Assembly: GCA_036381155.1 (NCBI GenBank)
Contig: DASVDJ010000196.1
Location: 52,823-116,822, forward strand
Direction of reading: 5' to 3'
From: Vicinamibacterales bacterium
GTDB taxonomy: Bacteria; Acidobacteriota; Vicinamibacteria; Vicinamibacterales; JAENWD01
Length of the DNA: 64,000 bases
Below are positions 20,375 to 29,285 of this stretch, piece by piece (position 1 is the stretch's first letter; the number at the start of each line of letters is the position of its first letter). Position numbers and translations under genes: made by a program. The notes below the pieces were generated by a model, which was given only the letters and a program-made list of their open reading frames with translations, was not told where the DNA came from and did not search any database.

Positions 20375-20983
20375 CTACCCCGTTCGGCGCGCGCGACGCG
20401 CCTGCTCGAAGTCCGCGACGTTGGGTGCCGCCGGCGTCTGCTGGAACCGCCGATAGTAGTCGATCCCCGAGGCCAGCGCGGTCACCAGCACGACCCACAG
20501 CCCGATCTGGCCAAGCAGCAGAAACGGCTGCTGCCCGTCCTGCCCCAGAATCAGCAGCAGAATCGTCGTCACCTGGGACGCCATCTTGATCTTGCCGAGG
20601 CGTGAGGCGCCGAACGCCACCCCTCGTGAGGCGGCCAGGCTCCGGAGCCCCGTGATGGCGAGCTCGCGACCGATGATGACGGCCACCATCCAGGCCGGCG
20701 CGACGTCCAGCTGCACCAGCGAAATGAACGCTCCGGACGTCAGCAGCTTGTCGGCGAGCGGGTCCATCATCCGCCCGAGGGCCGTCACCTGGCCGCGGAG
20801 TCTCGCCAGGTAGCCGTCCAGCCAGTCGGTGAACGAGGCCAGGCCGAAGATGGCCGCCGCGACGACGGAACGCGGCACGCCGAGGATGAGCTGCTCCTCG
20901 AACTTCGTGAGCAGCACCACGACGAGCAGCGGAACCAGGAAAATCCGCGCCAGCGTCAGCGAATTGGGCAGATTCAGCACCAC
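20375..20983 (-). CDS. pgsA: CDP-diacylglycerol--glycerol-3-phosphate 3-phosphatidyltransferase
   Basis: NLPNSLTLARIFLVP...DWLDGYLARLRGQVTALGRMMDPLADKL (CDP-alcohol phosphatidyltransferase motif). I chose the GTG start; the upstream part of the track ORF looks non-coding. Confidence 0.85.
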   Translation of the reverse strand: MVLNLPNSLTLARIFLVPLLVVVLLTKFEEQLILGVPRSVVAAAIFGLASFTDWLDGYLARLRGQVTALGRMMDPLADKLLTSGAFISLVQLDVAPAWMVAVIIGRELAITGLRSLAASRGVAFGASRLGKIKMASQVTTILLLILGQDGQQPFLLLGQIGLWVVLVTALASGIDYYRRFQQTPAAPNVADFEQARRARRTG

Positions 20984-21071
20984 GGCGGATTGTAACGCGT
21001 GCGGGCCCGCCACGCTCGCCCGACCTGGCGACACGTGGCCAGCACCCCGTCCGGGCCGTCGGCCCATGAGC

Positions 21072-21077
21072 TATGAT
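21072..21077 (+). promoter_or_regulatory. -10 box TATGAT 11 nt upstream of the ATG of the NDP-sugar pyrophosphorylase gene
   Basis: gagcTATGATcgctggctgacATG. Confidence 0.35.
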
Positions 21078-21088
21078 CGCTGGCTGAC

Positions 21089-22147
21089 ATGAGAGCCATC
21101 CTGCTTGCCGGCGGGAAGGGCACGCGCCTGCGCCCGCTGACGCTTCATACGCCGAAGCCCATCGTCCCGATCTTCAACCGGCCGTTCCTGCACTACCAGA
21201 TCGATCTGCTGCGGCAGATTCCCGAGGTCGACGAGATCATCCTGAGCCTCAACTACCAGCCGCGACGGATCGAGGACGTCTTCGGCGACGGCTCCACGCT
21301 CGGCATCCGCATCCGCTACGTCGTCGAGCCGGCCCCGCTGGGGACCGGCGGGGCGGTGAAGTTCGCGGCGCGGGGGGTCGACGACACGGTGATCGTCTTC
21401 AACGGCGACGTCCTCACCCAGGTCGATCTGGCCGCCGTGCTCGCCCGGCACCGCGAGCGCCAGGCGCGCGCGACGATCGTCCTGACGCCCGTGGACAATC
21501 CGTCCGCCTACGGGCTCGTCGAGACCGACGCGCAGGACAACATCCTGCGGTTCCTCGAGAAGCCGAGCGCCGACGAGATCACGACCAACTACATCAACGC
21601 GGGCATCTACATCCTCGAGCCGTCGACGTTCGACCGCATCCCGGACAACACCGCGTGGTCGATCGAGCGCAGCTTCTTCCCGTCGTTCATCGAGCGCGGC
21701 GAGACGTTCGTCGCCTACCGCTACGACGGGTACTGGATCGACATCGGCACGCCGGAGAAGTACACGCAGGTGCACCGCGACATCATGGACGGGCGGTTCG
21801 CCGCGCCGCCGTTCGCGTCGAGCGGTCCGAACCACGTGCACCGCGGCGAGGACGTCCGGATCGAGGACGGCGCCATCATCGAGGGCCCGGCCTTCCTGGA
21901 CGACGGCACGGTCGTGCGGGCGGGGGCGCACATCGGCCCGTATTCCGTGCTCGGGCGGGGCTGCCACGTCGAAGCCGACGCGCGCGTTCGCGGCAGCATC
22001 GTCTGGGCGAACAGCCGGCTGGGACAGGAGTCGTCGTTTCACGACGCGATTGCGGGGCGGCACGTCCACGTCGGCCGCGGCGCCGTGGTGAGCCCGGGCG
22101 CGGTGCTCGGGGACAAGACCTCGCTGACGGATTACAGCCGGGCGTGA
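21089..22147 (+). CDS. NDP-sugar pyrophosphorylase (mannose-1-phosphate guanylyltransferase-like) with C-terminal left-handed beta-helix
   Basis: MRAILLAGGKGTRLRPLTLHTPKPIVPI; C-terminal hexapeptide-like repeats. Confidence 0.85.
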   Translation: MRAILLAGGKGTRLRPLTLHTPKPIVPIFNRPFLHYQIDLLRQIPEVDEIILSLNYQPRRIEDVFGDGSTLGIRIRYVVEPAPLGTGGAVKFAARGVDDTVIVFNGDVLTQVDLAAVLARHRERQARATIVLTPVDNPSAYGLVETDAQDNILRFLEKPSADEITTNYINAGIYILEPSTFDRIPDNTAWSIERSFFPSFIERGETFVAYRYDGYWIDIGTPEKYTQVHRDIMDGRFAAPPFASSGPNHVHRGEDVRIEDGAIIEGPAFLDDGTVVRAGAHIGPYSVLGRGCHVEADARVRGSIVWANSRLGQESSFHDAIAGRHVHVGRGAVVSPGAVLGDKTSLTDYSRA

Positions 22148-22193
22148 GCCTCGCCGGTTGCGACCTCAGCCCCTTTTCCGAGCTTCAGTGGCG

Positions 22194-23543
22194 ATGAACC
22201 CGAACATCTTCAAGGCCTACGACATCCGCGGACTCTACCCTTCCGAGCTCGACGAAAGCATCGCGCGGCAAATCGGGCGCGGCTTCGTCGCCTATCTCGG
22301 GGCCTCGCGCATCGCGGTGTCCCGTGACATGCGGCTGTCGTCGCCCGCGCTCGCCGAGGCCTTCATCGACGGCGCGCTCGAACAGGGCGCCGACGTCGTC
22401 GACTACGGGATGATGGCGACCGACATGCTCTACTACGCGGTCGCAAGCGCCGGGCTCGAAGGCGGCGCGCAGATCACCGCCTCGCACAACCCGTCGCAGT
22501 ACAACGGAATCAAGATGGTGCGGGCCGAAGCGCTCCCGCTCAGCGGAGACGCCGGTCTCGGCGAGATCCGCGACATGATCCGGCAGGGCACACTGCCCGC
22601 GCCGGCCGCCGGGCGCGGGACCCGGACACGGACCGACATCCTGCCCGCCTACGTCGAGCACGTCTTCTCGTTCATCGACCGGAGCGCCATCAAGCCGTTC
22701 ACGTGCGTGCTCGACGCCGGCAACGGGATGGCCGGCCTCGTCGCGCCGAAGCTGTTCGAGCAGCTGCCCACGCGCGTGATCCCGATGTGCATGGAGGTCG
22801 ACGGCAGCTTCCCGAACCACGAGTCGAACCCGCTCATCGAGGAGAACCGCGCACACATCGTCGAGCGCGTGGTGCAGGAGAAGGCCGACATCGGGATCGC
22901 CTGGGACGGCGACGCGGACCGCTGCTTCTTCATCGACGGCACCGGCGACTTCGTGCCGGGCGACTTCATCACGGCGCTGCTCGCCGAGGCGATCCTGCGC
23001 AAGAATCCCGGTGCCGCCATCGTGTACGACCTGCGCGCCAGCTACGCCGTGCGCGATACCGTGCTGCGCATGGGCGGCACGCCCATCATGAACCGCGTCG
23101 GCCACTCCTTCATCAAGCGGACGATGCGCGAGCACGACGGCGTGTTCGGCGGCGAGGTCACGGGCCACTACTACTTCCGCGACAACTTCTACGCGGACAA
23201 CGGGTTCATCCCGGCGCTCATGCTGCTGGAGCTGATGTCCGTCAAGGGGCAGTCGCTCGCCGAGCTGCTCGCGCCGCTCAAGGCGAAGTACTTCATCTCC
23301 GGCGAGATCAACACGAAGGTCGCCAGCATGGACGCGGTGCACGAGAAGCTGGATGGCCTGGCGCGCACCTTCGCGGACGGCAGGGTCTCGCACCTCGATG
23401 GCATCTCGGTGGAGTACGACGACTGGCACTTCAACGTCCGGCCGTCGAACACCGAGCCGCTGCTGCGGCTGAATCTGGAAGCGAAGACGCCGGAGCTGAT
23501 GGCGCAGAAGCGCGACGAGGTGCTCGCGTTCATCCGGGGGTAG
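22194..23543 (+). CDS. Phosphomannomutase/phosphoglucomutase
   Basis: IFKAYDIRGLYP, ITASHNPSQYNGIK (phosphoserine loop), GIAWDGDADR. Confidence 0.9.
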   Translation: MNPNIFKAYDIRGLYPSELDESIARQIGRGFVAYLGASRIAVSRDMRLSSPALAEAFIDGALEQGADVVDYGMMATDMLYYAVASAGLEGGAQITASHNPSQYNGIKMVRAEALPLSGDAGLGEIRDMIRQGTLPAPAAGRGTRTRTDILPAYVEHVFSFIDRSAIKPFTCVLDAGNGMAGLVAPKLFEQLPTRVIPMCMEVDGSFPNHESNPLIEENRAHIVERVVQEKADIGIAWDGDADRCFFIDGTGDFVPGDFITALLAEAILRKNPGAAIVYDLRASYAVRDTVLRMGGTPIMNRVGHSFIKRTMREHDGVFGGEVTGHYYFRDNFYADNGFIPALMLLELMSVKGQSLAELLAPLKAKYFISGEINTKVASMDAVHEKLDGLARTFADGRVSHLDGISVEYDDWHFNVRPSNTEPLLRLNLEAKTPELMAQKRDEVLAFIRG

Positions 23544-23549
23544 GCTTCC

Positions 23550-23572
23550 CCGGTGCACCAGGCGTGCACCGG
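23550..23572 (+). terminator. Hairpin after the phosphomannomutase stop
   Basis: CCGGTGCAC-CAGGC-GTGCACCGG: 9-bp stem, no clear U-tract. Confidence 0.4.
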
Positions 23573-23602
23573 CGGCGGGTGCGACGCGCGCGGGCTTGCT
23601 GC

Positions 23603-23608
23603 TATAAT
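23603..23608 (+). promoter_or_regulatory. -10 box TATAAT 16 nt upstream of tRNA-Gly
   Basis: cttgctgcTATAATtcaggagcgaacggac then the tRNA 5' end. Confidence 0.5.
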
Positions 23609-23624
23609 TCAGGAGCGAACGGAC

Positions 23625-23698
23625 GCGGGCTTAGCATAGTGGTAATGCCCTGGCTTCCCAAGCCAGCCAGACGGGTTCGATTCCCGTAGCCCGCTCCA
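23625..23698 (+). tRNA. tRNA-Gly (anticodon CCC)
   Basis: Hand-folded cloverleaf. Acceptor GCGGGCT/AGCCCGC, D-arm GCAT-AGTGGTA-ATGC, anticodon arm CTGGC-TTCCCAA-GCCAG, T-arm ACGGG-TTCGATT-CCCGT, discriminator U, encoded CCA. Confidence 0.9.
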
Positions 23699-23755
23699 CT
23701 CCCCACCTCGTCGCGCCCCGACATATCAACCGCGCCGGTCTGCGGCGCTTGCGCG

Positions 23756-24631
23756 TCAGTAGCCGGCTGAGCCGGAGCGCGGCACCGGCTGCCCGGCCGC
23801 CTCGCGGACGATGCGGACGCCCGCGCTGGCGCCGATGCGGGTGGCGCCGGCGCCGACCATCGCCTGGAAAGTCCCGAAGTCCCGGATCCCGCCGGCGGCC
23901 TTGATGCCCATGCCGGTGCCGACGACGCGCCGCATCAGCGCGACGTCCTCGACGGTCGCACCGCCCGGCCCGAAGCCTGTCGACGTCTTCACGAAGTCCG
24001 CGCCGGCCGCCTGCGCGAGGGCGCACGCCGCGACCTTCTCCTCATCGGTCAGCAGCGCCGTCTCGAGAATGACCTTGCACACCGCGCCGGCCTCGTGACA
24101 CGCCGAGACGACGGCCTCGATGTCGCGTCCGGCCGTCTGCAGGTCGCCCGACTTCAGCGCGCCGATGTTGAGGACCATGTCCACCTCGTGCGCGCCGTCG
24201 AAGATCACCCGCCGCGTCTCGTACTGCTTGACGTCGGTCGTGCTGGCGCCGAGGGGGAACCCCACGACCGCGCAGACCTTCGGCGCGGCGCCGGCCAGGA
24301 GCCGCCGTGCAAGCGGCACCCAGGAGGGGTTCACGCACACCGTCGCGAAGCCGTGCGCGACCGCCTCGCGGCAGAGGGCTTCGACGTCGGCGCGGGTGGC
24401 ATCGGGCCGCAGGAGCGTGTGATCGATCAGGGCTGCGACCGACCCGGCCGTTCCGCCGGACGCGTGCAGCCCCAGGCGGCTCGCGCCGGCCTCCAGCACG
24501 GGTCGGAGCCGGTCGGGACAGCAGTCCGCGAGCACGCCGTGGCAGCGGCACGGCCCCGGCGCCGCGCCGGGAGTCCGGGCGGCCTCCTCCAGCACGATCT
24601 CGACCAGGCGGCGTACGGCGGCGGCGTCCAT
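23756..24631 (-). CDS. deoC: Deoxyribose-phosphate aldolase with a roughly 70-aa Cys-containing N-terminal extension
   Basis: [11 protein letters not shown]...VCVNP...VVGFPLGA...VDMVLNIG...VKVILET...[10 protein letters not shown] (Schiff-base Lys context). N-terminal extension: [42 protein letters not shown]. Confidence 0.85.
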   Translation of the reverse strand: MDAAAVRRLVEIVLEEAARTPGAAPGPCRCHGVLADCCPDRLRPVLEAGASRLGLHASGGTAGSVAALIDHTLLRPDATRADVEALCREAVAHGFATVCVNPSWVPLARRLLAGAAPKVCAVVGFPLGASTTDVKQYETRRVIFDGAHEVDMVLNIGALKSGDLQTAGRDIEAVVSACHEAGAVCKVILETALLTDEEKVAACALAQAAGADFVKTSTGFGPGGATVEDVALMRRVVGTGMGIKAAGGIRDFGTFQAMVGAGATRIGASAGVRIVREAAGQPVPRSGSAGY

Positions 24632-24638
24632 CACGGAT

Positions 24639-25178
24639 GTGGTACTCTGGCCGGCCGGACCGGACGTGAGCACCCCGCCTATCTTACTGTCACCGGACGC
24701 CATACAGGCGCGCGTGGCCAGCCTCGCCGCCGAGATCTCCCGCGACTTCCCCGAGGGCGTCCATCTCGTCTGCGTGCTGAAGGGCGCCTTCATCTTCCTC
24801 GCCGACCTCGTGCGGGCCCTCGACGTCGAGGCCACGCTCGACTTCATGGCGGTCTCGAGCTACGCCACGGGCACGACGACGACCGGCGAGGTTCGTGTGC
24901 TGAAGGATCTCGACATGGCGCTCGACGGGCGCGACGTGCTCATCGTCGAGGACATCGTCGACACGGGGCTGACGCTCCAGTACCTGCAGAAGATCCTGCG
25001 CGCGCGGCGGCCGCGCTCGCTGCGCACCGTGTGCCTGCTCAGCAAGCCGGCGCGGCGGCGGGTCGACGTGCCCGTCGACTACATCGGCTTCGAGATCGAG
25101 GACCGGTTCGTCGTCGGGTACGGCCTCGACTACGCGGGCCGCTACCGGCATCTGCCCTACATCGGCACGCTCGACTGA
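24639..25178 (+). CDS. hpt: Hypoxanthine phosphoribosyltransferase
   Basis: [14 protein letters not shown]...[14 protein letters not shown]...[13 protein letters not shown]. The start may instead be the GTG at 24669. Confidence 0.9.
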   Translation: MVLWPAGPDVSTPPILLSPDAIQARVASLAAEISRDFPEGVHLVCVLKGAFIFLADLVRALDVEATLDFMAVSSYATGTTTTGEVRVLKDLDMALDGRDVLIVEDIVDTGLTLQYLQKILRARRPRSLRTVCLLSKPARRRVDVPVDYIGFEIEDRFVVGYGLDYAGRYRHLPYIGTLD

Positions 25179-25185
25179 GCCGTCG

Positions 25186-26580
25186 TCAGCGCGCGGCGAC
25201 CGCCGCGCGGACCTGTGCCGCCATCGCGCGCGCCTCGCGCAGCACCTGCGCCTCGTCGAGCGTCTGCACCTGCCGGTCCCGCATGAGCACCCGGCCGTTG
25301 ACGATCGTCGTGCGGACGTCGGCGCCGCGGGTCGCGTACACGAGGTGGGAGACCGGATCGTAGAGCGGCGTCTGGCCGGGGCGGGTCATGTCCACCACGA
25401 TCAGGTCGGCCAGCTTCCCCGCTTCGATCGACCCGATGCGGTCGGCCATCCCGAGCGCACGGGCGCCGTCGATCATCGCCATCGCCAGCGCGGCGCCGGC
25501 CGGCACGACACGCGGGTCGCGCGTGTTCACCTTGTGCAGCAGGGCGGCCTGGCGCATCGCCTCGAACATGTCGAGGTCGTTGTTGCTGGCGGCGCCGTCG
25601 GTGCCGAGGCCGACGGCGAGGCCGGCCTCGAGCATGGCGGGGACCGGCGCCACGCCGCTGGCCAGCTTCATGTTGCTCTCGGGGTTGTGCGACACCCCCA
25701 CCCCGCGCCGCCGCAGCAGCGCGATCTCGCCAGCGTCGAGCCACACCGCGTGCGCGGCGAGCGTGCGGGGACCGAGCAGGCCGATCGACTCGAGGTATTC
25801 CGCCGGACGCTGCCCGGTCTGTTCCCGTACCAGCCGCACTTCGTCTTCGGTCTCCGCGAGATGGATGAGCAGCGGCGCATCGTGAGCGGCCGCGAGATCA
25901 CGGCTGGCGACGAGCGACTCGCGATCGAGCGTGTAGGCCGCATGCGGCGCCACCGCCGGGGTGATGAGCGGATCGTCCGCGAACGTCTCGAGGAAGCGCT
26001 TCGCCCGTTCCAGCGCGGCCGCCGGCGTCGGCGCGTCGGGCGCCGGGAACCGGATCACGGTCTGGCCGAGCACGCCGCGCAGTCCCGCCTCGCGCGCGGC
26101 GCGGGCGATCTCCTCCTCGAAGTAGTACATGTCGACGAAGGTCGTCGTCCCGGTGCGGATCATCTCTAGCGCCGCGAGCCTGGTGCCGGTCCGGACCATC
26201 GCCGGCGATACCGTCTTCGCCTCGGCCGGGAAGATGTAGCGCTCCAGCCACTCCATCAGGGCCAGGTCGTCCGCCAGGCCGCGGTAGAGCACCATCGGCG
26301 CATGGCCGTGGGTGTTGATCAGCCCGGGCAGGACGACCTGGCCGGACGTGTCGATGACGGTATCGGCCTGCCAGCCCGCGGTCATGGACTCGACAGGGCC
26401 GACCGCCGCAATGGTGCCGCCCCGGATGGCGACGGCTCCCGGGTCGAGGACGCGGCGTTCCGCGTCCATGGTCACGACGATGCCGCCGGTGAGGAGGAGG
26501 TCGGCGGATTGCGGCTGCCGGGCGGCGGACAGCGCGGCGGGCAGGAGCAGGATGACGAGGCTGATGCGCCGGCGGAACAT
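25186..26580 (-). CDS. Secreted amidohydrolase of the MtaD/TRZ-ATZ deaminase type
   Basis: Signal-like MFRRRISLVILLLPAALSAA, then PGLINTHGHAPM (HxH metal site) and AVWLD...SHNPESN...GTDGAASNN. Confidence 0.8.
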   Translation of the reverse strand: MFRRRISLVILLLPAALSAARQPQSADLLLTGGIVVTMDAERRVLDPGAVAIRGGTIAAVGPVESMTAGWQADTVIDTSGQVVLPGLINTHGHAPMVLYRGLADDLALMEWLERYIFPAEAKTVSPAMVRTGTRLAALEMIRTGTTTFVDMYYFEEEIARAAREAGLRGVLGQTVIRFPAPDAPTPAAALERAKRFLETFADDPLITPAVAPHAAYTLDRESLVASRDLAAAHDAPLLIHLAETEDEVRLVREQTGQRPAEYLESIGLLGPRTLAAHAVWLDAGEIALLRRRGVGVSHNPESNMKLASGVAPVPAMLEAGLAVGLGTDGAASNNDLDMFEAMRQAALLHKVNTRDPRVVPAGAALAMAMIDGARALGMADRIGSIEAGKLADLIVVDMTRPGQTPLYDPVSHLVYATRGADVRTTIVNGRVLMRDRQVQTLDEAQVLREARAMAAQVRAAVAAR

Positions 26581-26627
26581 CCGCGCATCCTACACCGGCC
26601 GGGCCGGACGGGCGGGATGCTTCGGGA

Positions 26628-26633
26628 TATAGT
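26628..26633 (+). promoter_or_regulatory. -10 box TATAGT 8 nt upstream of the upp GTG start
   Basis: cgggaTATAGTttccccccGTG. Confidence 0.35.
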
Positions 26634-26641
26634 TTCCCCCC

Positions 26642-27265
26642 GTGCCCGTTCATGTCATCGACCACCCGCTGGTGCACGACGCGCTGGCGACGTTGCGCGA
26701 CGCATCCACCCCCATCGATGCGTTCCGCAGGGCCGCGCGCCGGATCAGCCTGCTCATGGCAGCCGAAGCGCTGCGTGCGCTCCCCACGGAGTCCTTGACG
26801 GTCGAGACCCCGCTCGAGCCCGCCGAGGGGCGCCGCCTCCGCGGCGACATCGTCGTGGTGCCGGTGCTGCGGGCGGGTCTCGGCATGCTCGAGGCCGTGC
26901 TCGAGCTCGTGCCGCATGCCCGGGTCGGCTATCTCGGCCTCAGGCGTGACGAGACGACGGCGATTGCGTCGCGGTACTATGAGAATCTGCCGTCCGAGCT
27001 GGAGCACAGCTACGTGCTCATGATCGACTCGATGCTGGCGACGGGCGGCAGTGCCGTCGCGGCGCTGGATCGGCTGGCCGCGGCCGGTGCGCACGCCGTC
27101 CACCTCGCGTGCATCGTCGCCGCGCCCGAAGGGATTGCCGCCGTGCAGGGGCGGCATCCCGAGGTCCACATCTACACGCCCGTCATCGATCGCGAGCTGA
27201 ACGCCCGGAAGTTCATCCTGCCCGGCCTCGGGGACTTCGGCGACCGGCTCTATGGGACGAGCTGA
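26642..27265 (+). CDS. upp: Uracil phosphoribosyltransferase
   Basis: VIDHPLV...VPVLRAGLGM...MIDSMLATGGSA...PGLGDFGDRLYGT. Confidence 0.95.
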   Translation: MPVHVIDHPLVHDALATLRDASTPIDAFRRAARRISLLMAAEALRALPTESLTVETPLEPAEGRRLRGDIVVVPVLRAGLGMLEAVLELVPHARVGYLGLRRDETTAIASRYYENLPSELEHSYVLMIDSMLATGGSAVAALDRLAAAGAHAVHLACIVAAPEGIAAVQGRHPEVHIYTPVIDRELNARKFILPGLGDFGDRLYGTS

Positions 27266-27267
27266 CC

Positions 27268-28101
27268 ATGAGTCCACGACGCATCGCCAACCCGGCCACG
27301 ACCGCGTCCGACGAAGCCTGGCACACCGCGGTCACCTGCATCGAGCCCAACCGCATCCTCGTACGCGGCTACCCGCTCGACGAGCTGATGGGGCGCGTCA
27401 GCTTCAGCGACGCGATCTACCTGCTCTTCCAGGGCGAGCTGCCGACGCCGGCGATCAGCCGGATGATCGCCGCCATTCTCGTCTCCTCCGTCGACCACGG
27501 CGCGATGCCGCCGTCGACGCTGGTCGCGCGCAACGTCGCGACCACCGGCGCGCCGCTGCGCGCGGCGGTCGCCGCCGGCGTGCTCGCCTTCGGGTCGTAC
27601 CATGGCGGCGACGTCGAGGCGGGCATGCAGACGCTGGAGCGCGGCCTCGCGCTCGTCCGCCAGGGGCGGTCGTACCGGGACGCGGCCGAAGAGATCGTGC
27701 ACGGGCTGCTCGCCGAGGGACGGCGCGTGCCGGGATTCGGCCACCGGCTGCACACGCGCGACCCGCGCGCCGACAAGCTGCTGGCCATGGCCTACGAGCT
27801 CGATCTCGAGGGGGAACACGTCCGGTTCCTCCGCGTGATGGAGCGCGTGCTCGGCGCGGCGAAGAAGACGGAGCGCGACCCGATCCCGATCAACGTCGAC
27901 GGGGCCATCGCGGCGATCTGCGCCGATCTGGGGCTCGACTCGGAGTTCGGCAACGCCCTGTTCATCATCTCGCGGGTCCCGGGGCTCATCGCCCACGCGC
28001 ACGAGGAGCGCCTGCGCGAGCGCCCGATGCGCCAGATCGACCCGAAGGACGCGGTCTACGACGGCCCCGGGGAGCGGCGCGTCCCGGAAGGGCGCAAGTA
28101 G
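27268..28101 (+). CDS. Short citrate synthase-family protein (citryl-CoA lyase-like)
   Basis: ILVRGYPLDELMGRVSFSDAIYLLFQGELP...SSVDHG...GFGHRLHTRDPRA...VDGAIAAI...HAHEE. Confidence 0.75.
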   Translation: MSPRRIANPATTASDEAWHTAVTCIEPNRILVRGYPLDELMGRVSFSDAIYLLFQGELPTPAISRMIAAILVSSVDHGAMPPSTLVARNVATTGAPLRAAVAAGVLAFGSYHGGDVEAGMQTLERGLALVRQGRSYRDAAEEIVHGLLAEGRRVPGFGHRLHTRDPRADKLLAMAYELDLEGEHVRFLRVMERVLGAAKKTERDPIPINVDGAIAAICADLGLDSEFGNALFIISRVPGLIAHAHEERLRERPMRQIDPKDAVYDGPGERRVPEGRK

Positions 28102-28131
28102 CCCGGCCACTCCGGAGGCGGTGCGCCCCGC

Positions 28132-28161
28132 TTGCGCGCGTCTTCTCCGCTGGGCTAAGAT
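28132..28161 (+). promoter_or_regulatory. Sigma-70-type promoter for tRNA-Val
   Basis: TTGCGC (28132-28137), 18 nt spacer, TAAGAT (28156-28161). The tRNA 5' end is 17 nt downstream. Confidence 0.45.
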
Positions 28162-28178
28162 CGAAGGTCTCACCCGGG

Positions 28179-28253
28179 GCGCGCTTGGCTCAGTGGTAGA
28201 GCATCGCCTTCACACGGCGGGGGTCGGTGGTTCGAATCCACCAGCGCGCACCA
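28179..28253 (+). tRNA. tRNA-Val (anticodon CAC)
   Basis: Hand-folded. Acceptor GCGCGCT/AGCGCGC, D-arm GCTC-AGTGGTA-GAGC, anticodon arm TCGCC-TTCACAC-GGCGG, T-arm GGTGG-TTCGAAT-CCACC, encoded CCA. Confidence 0.9.
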
Positions 28254-28526
28254 CCTTCCACTCCCCCATCATCTGAATCGCGGGAACCGGCTCCGGAATG
28301 CGGACGCACGCGTTCGCTCCGTCCGCACGCGTGGCGTGAGTACGTCGCATTTGCGTCCGCTGCATCGAATCCACGCACACGCGCCGCGGCACGCCGCGAG
28401 CGACCGCGCCGATTGCCCGCGTGCACACGGGAACGATCCGCGCGCGCCCGACCGACACCGCGCTGGCAGGCAGTCTGAATCTCCTTCGCACCATTCCAAA
28501 GCCCGACCGGGCCGGAAGGAGACGAT

Positions 28527-29285
28527 ATGCCGCGACTTGCGAGTCTGATTCTGTGCTGCGCCGCCGGCGTCCTGGCCGCGTGCGACAGCGCGTCCACGCC
28601 CCTCTCCCCCACAGACATCGTCGATCGCGCCGGCGCGCCGCATCCGCAATCACCCGCGCCACCAGCTCCGGCCCCAACCGCTCCGCCCACCCCGGCACCG
28701 CCCCAGACGTCCGGGACGGCCCCGGCACCTGCCGACGACGGCGCCGTGACGATCGAGCGCGGCACGCTCGACTTCGCCGGCAGCCGCGGAGCCCTTCAAC
28801 TGCGCGGCACGCGCGGTTTCACCTTGCAGGGCGAGGTCAGCGCGACGGGCGGCATCATCGCGCCGATCCAGGACTGTCAGTCGCCGGCGTGCGTCCCGGG
28901 GGCGGCCGTCTCGCTGCACGCCCTCTTTGCCGGCACCGACCTGCGCGCGACCATCACGCTGGACGACACGACCTACACGGTCGGCTCCGCGTTGTCGCAG
29001 GCCTCCGCCATGGTCGAGTTCGTCGGCACGATCCTGGCGCCCCCCTTCACGCGGCGCGGCCAGGAACGTGTCAGCGCGCCATTCACCTTCTCCGGCCAGT
29101 TCTTCACGGGTGGTGAGCCGCCGGACGCCGAAACGGTGACGCTGAACGGCGGAGGCGTCGCGACGGTGTGGTTCCGTCAGCCTGCCGGCGCGCCGTACTG
29201 GCAGGTCGATCGCGTGCGCTATGAATTCACCCGCCAGCGGTCGAGGACGATGACCGACGCCGCGCCGATGGCTTCTCAACGCTGA
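28527..29285 (+). CDS. Lipoprotein with Pro-rich linker, function unknown
   Basis: Strong SD (ggAAGGAGacgatATG). Lipobox LAAC in MPRLASLILCCAAGVLAACD. Linker PQSPAPPAPAPTAPPTPAPPQTSGTAPAP. Confidence 0.7.
   Translation: MPRLASLILCCAAGVLAACDSASTPLSPTDIVDRAGAPHPQSPAPPAPAPTAPPTPAPPQTSGTAPAPADDGAVTIERGTLDFAGSRGALQLRGTRGFTLQGEVSATGGIIAPIQDCQSPACVPGAAVSLHALFAGTDLRATITLDDTTYTVGSALSQASAMVEFVGTILAPPFTRRGQERVSAPFTFSGQFFTGGEPPDAETVTLNGGGVATVWFRQPAGAPYWQVDRVRYEFTRQRSRTMTDAAPMASQR

Noticed and set aside
28254-28526. The repeated CGCACGCGT and ctgaatc words, and the hairpin GCGGACG...CGTCCGC after tRNA-Val, as an att site or ncRNA.
   Set aside because: They are short GC-rich words with no partner elsewhere in the window and no associated mobile genes. 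This is most simply a tRNA terminator plus the lipoprotein promoter region.
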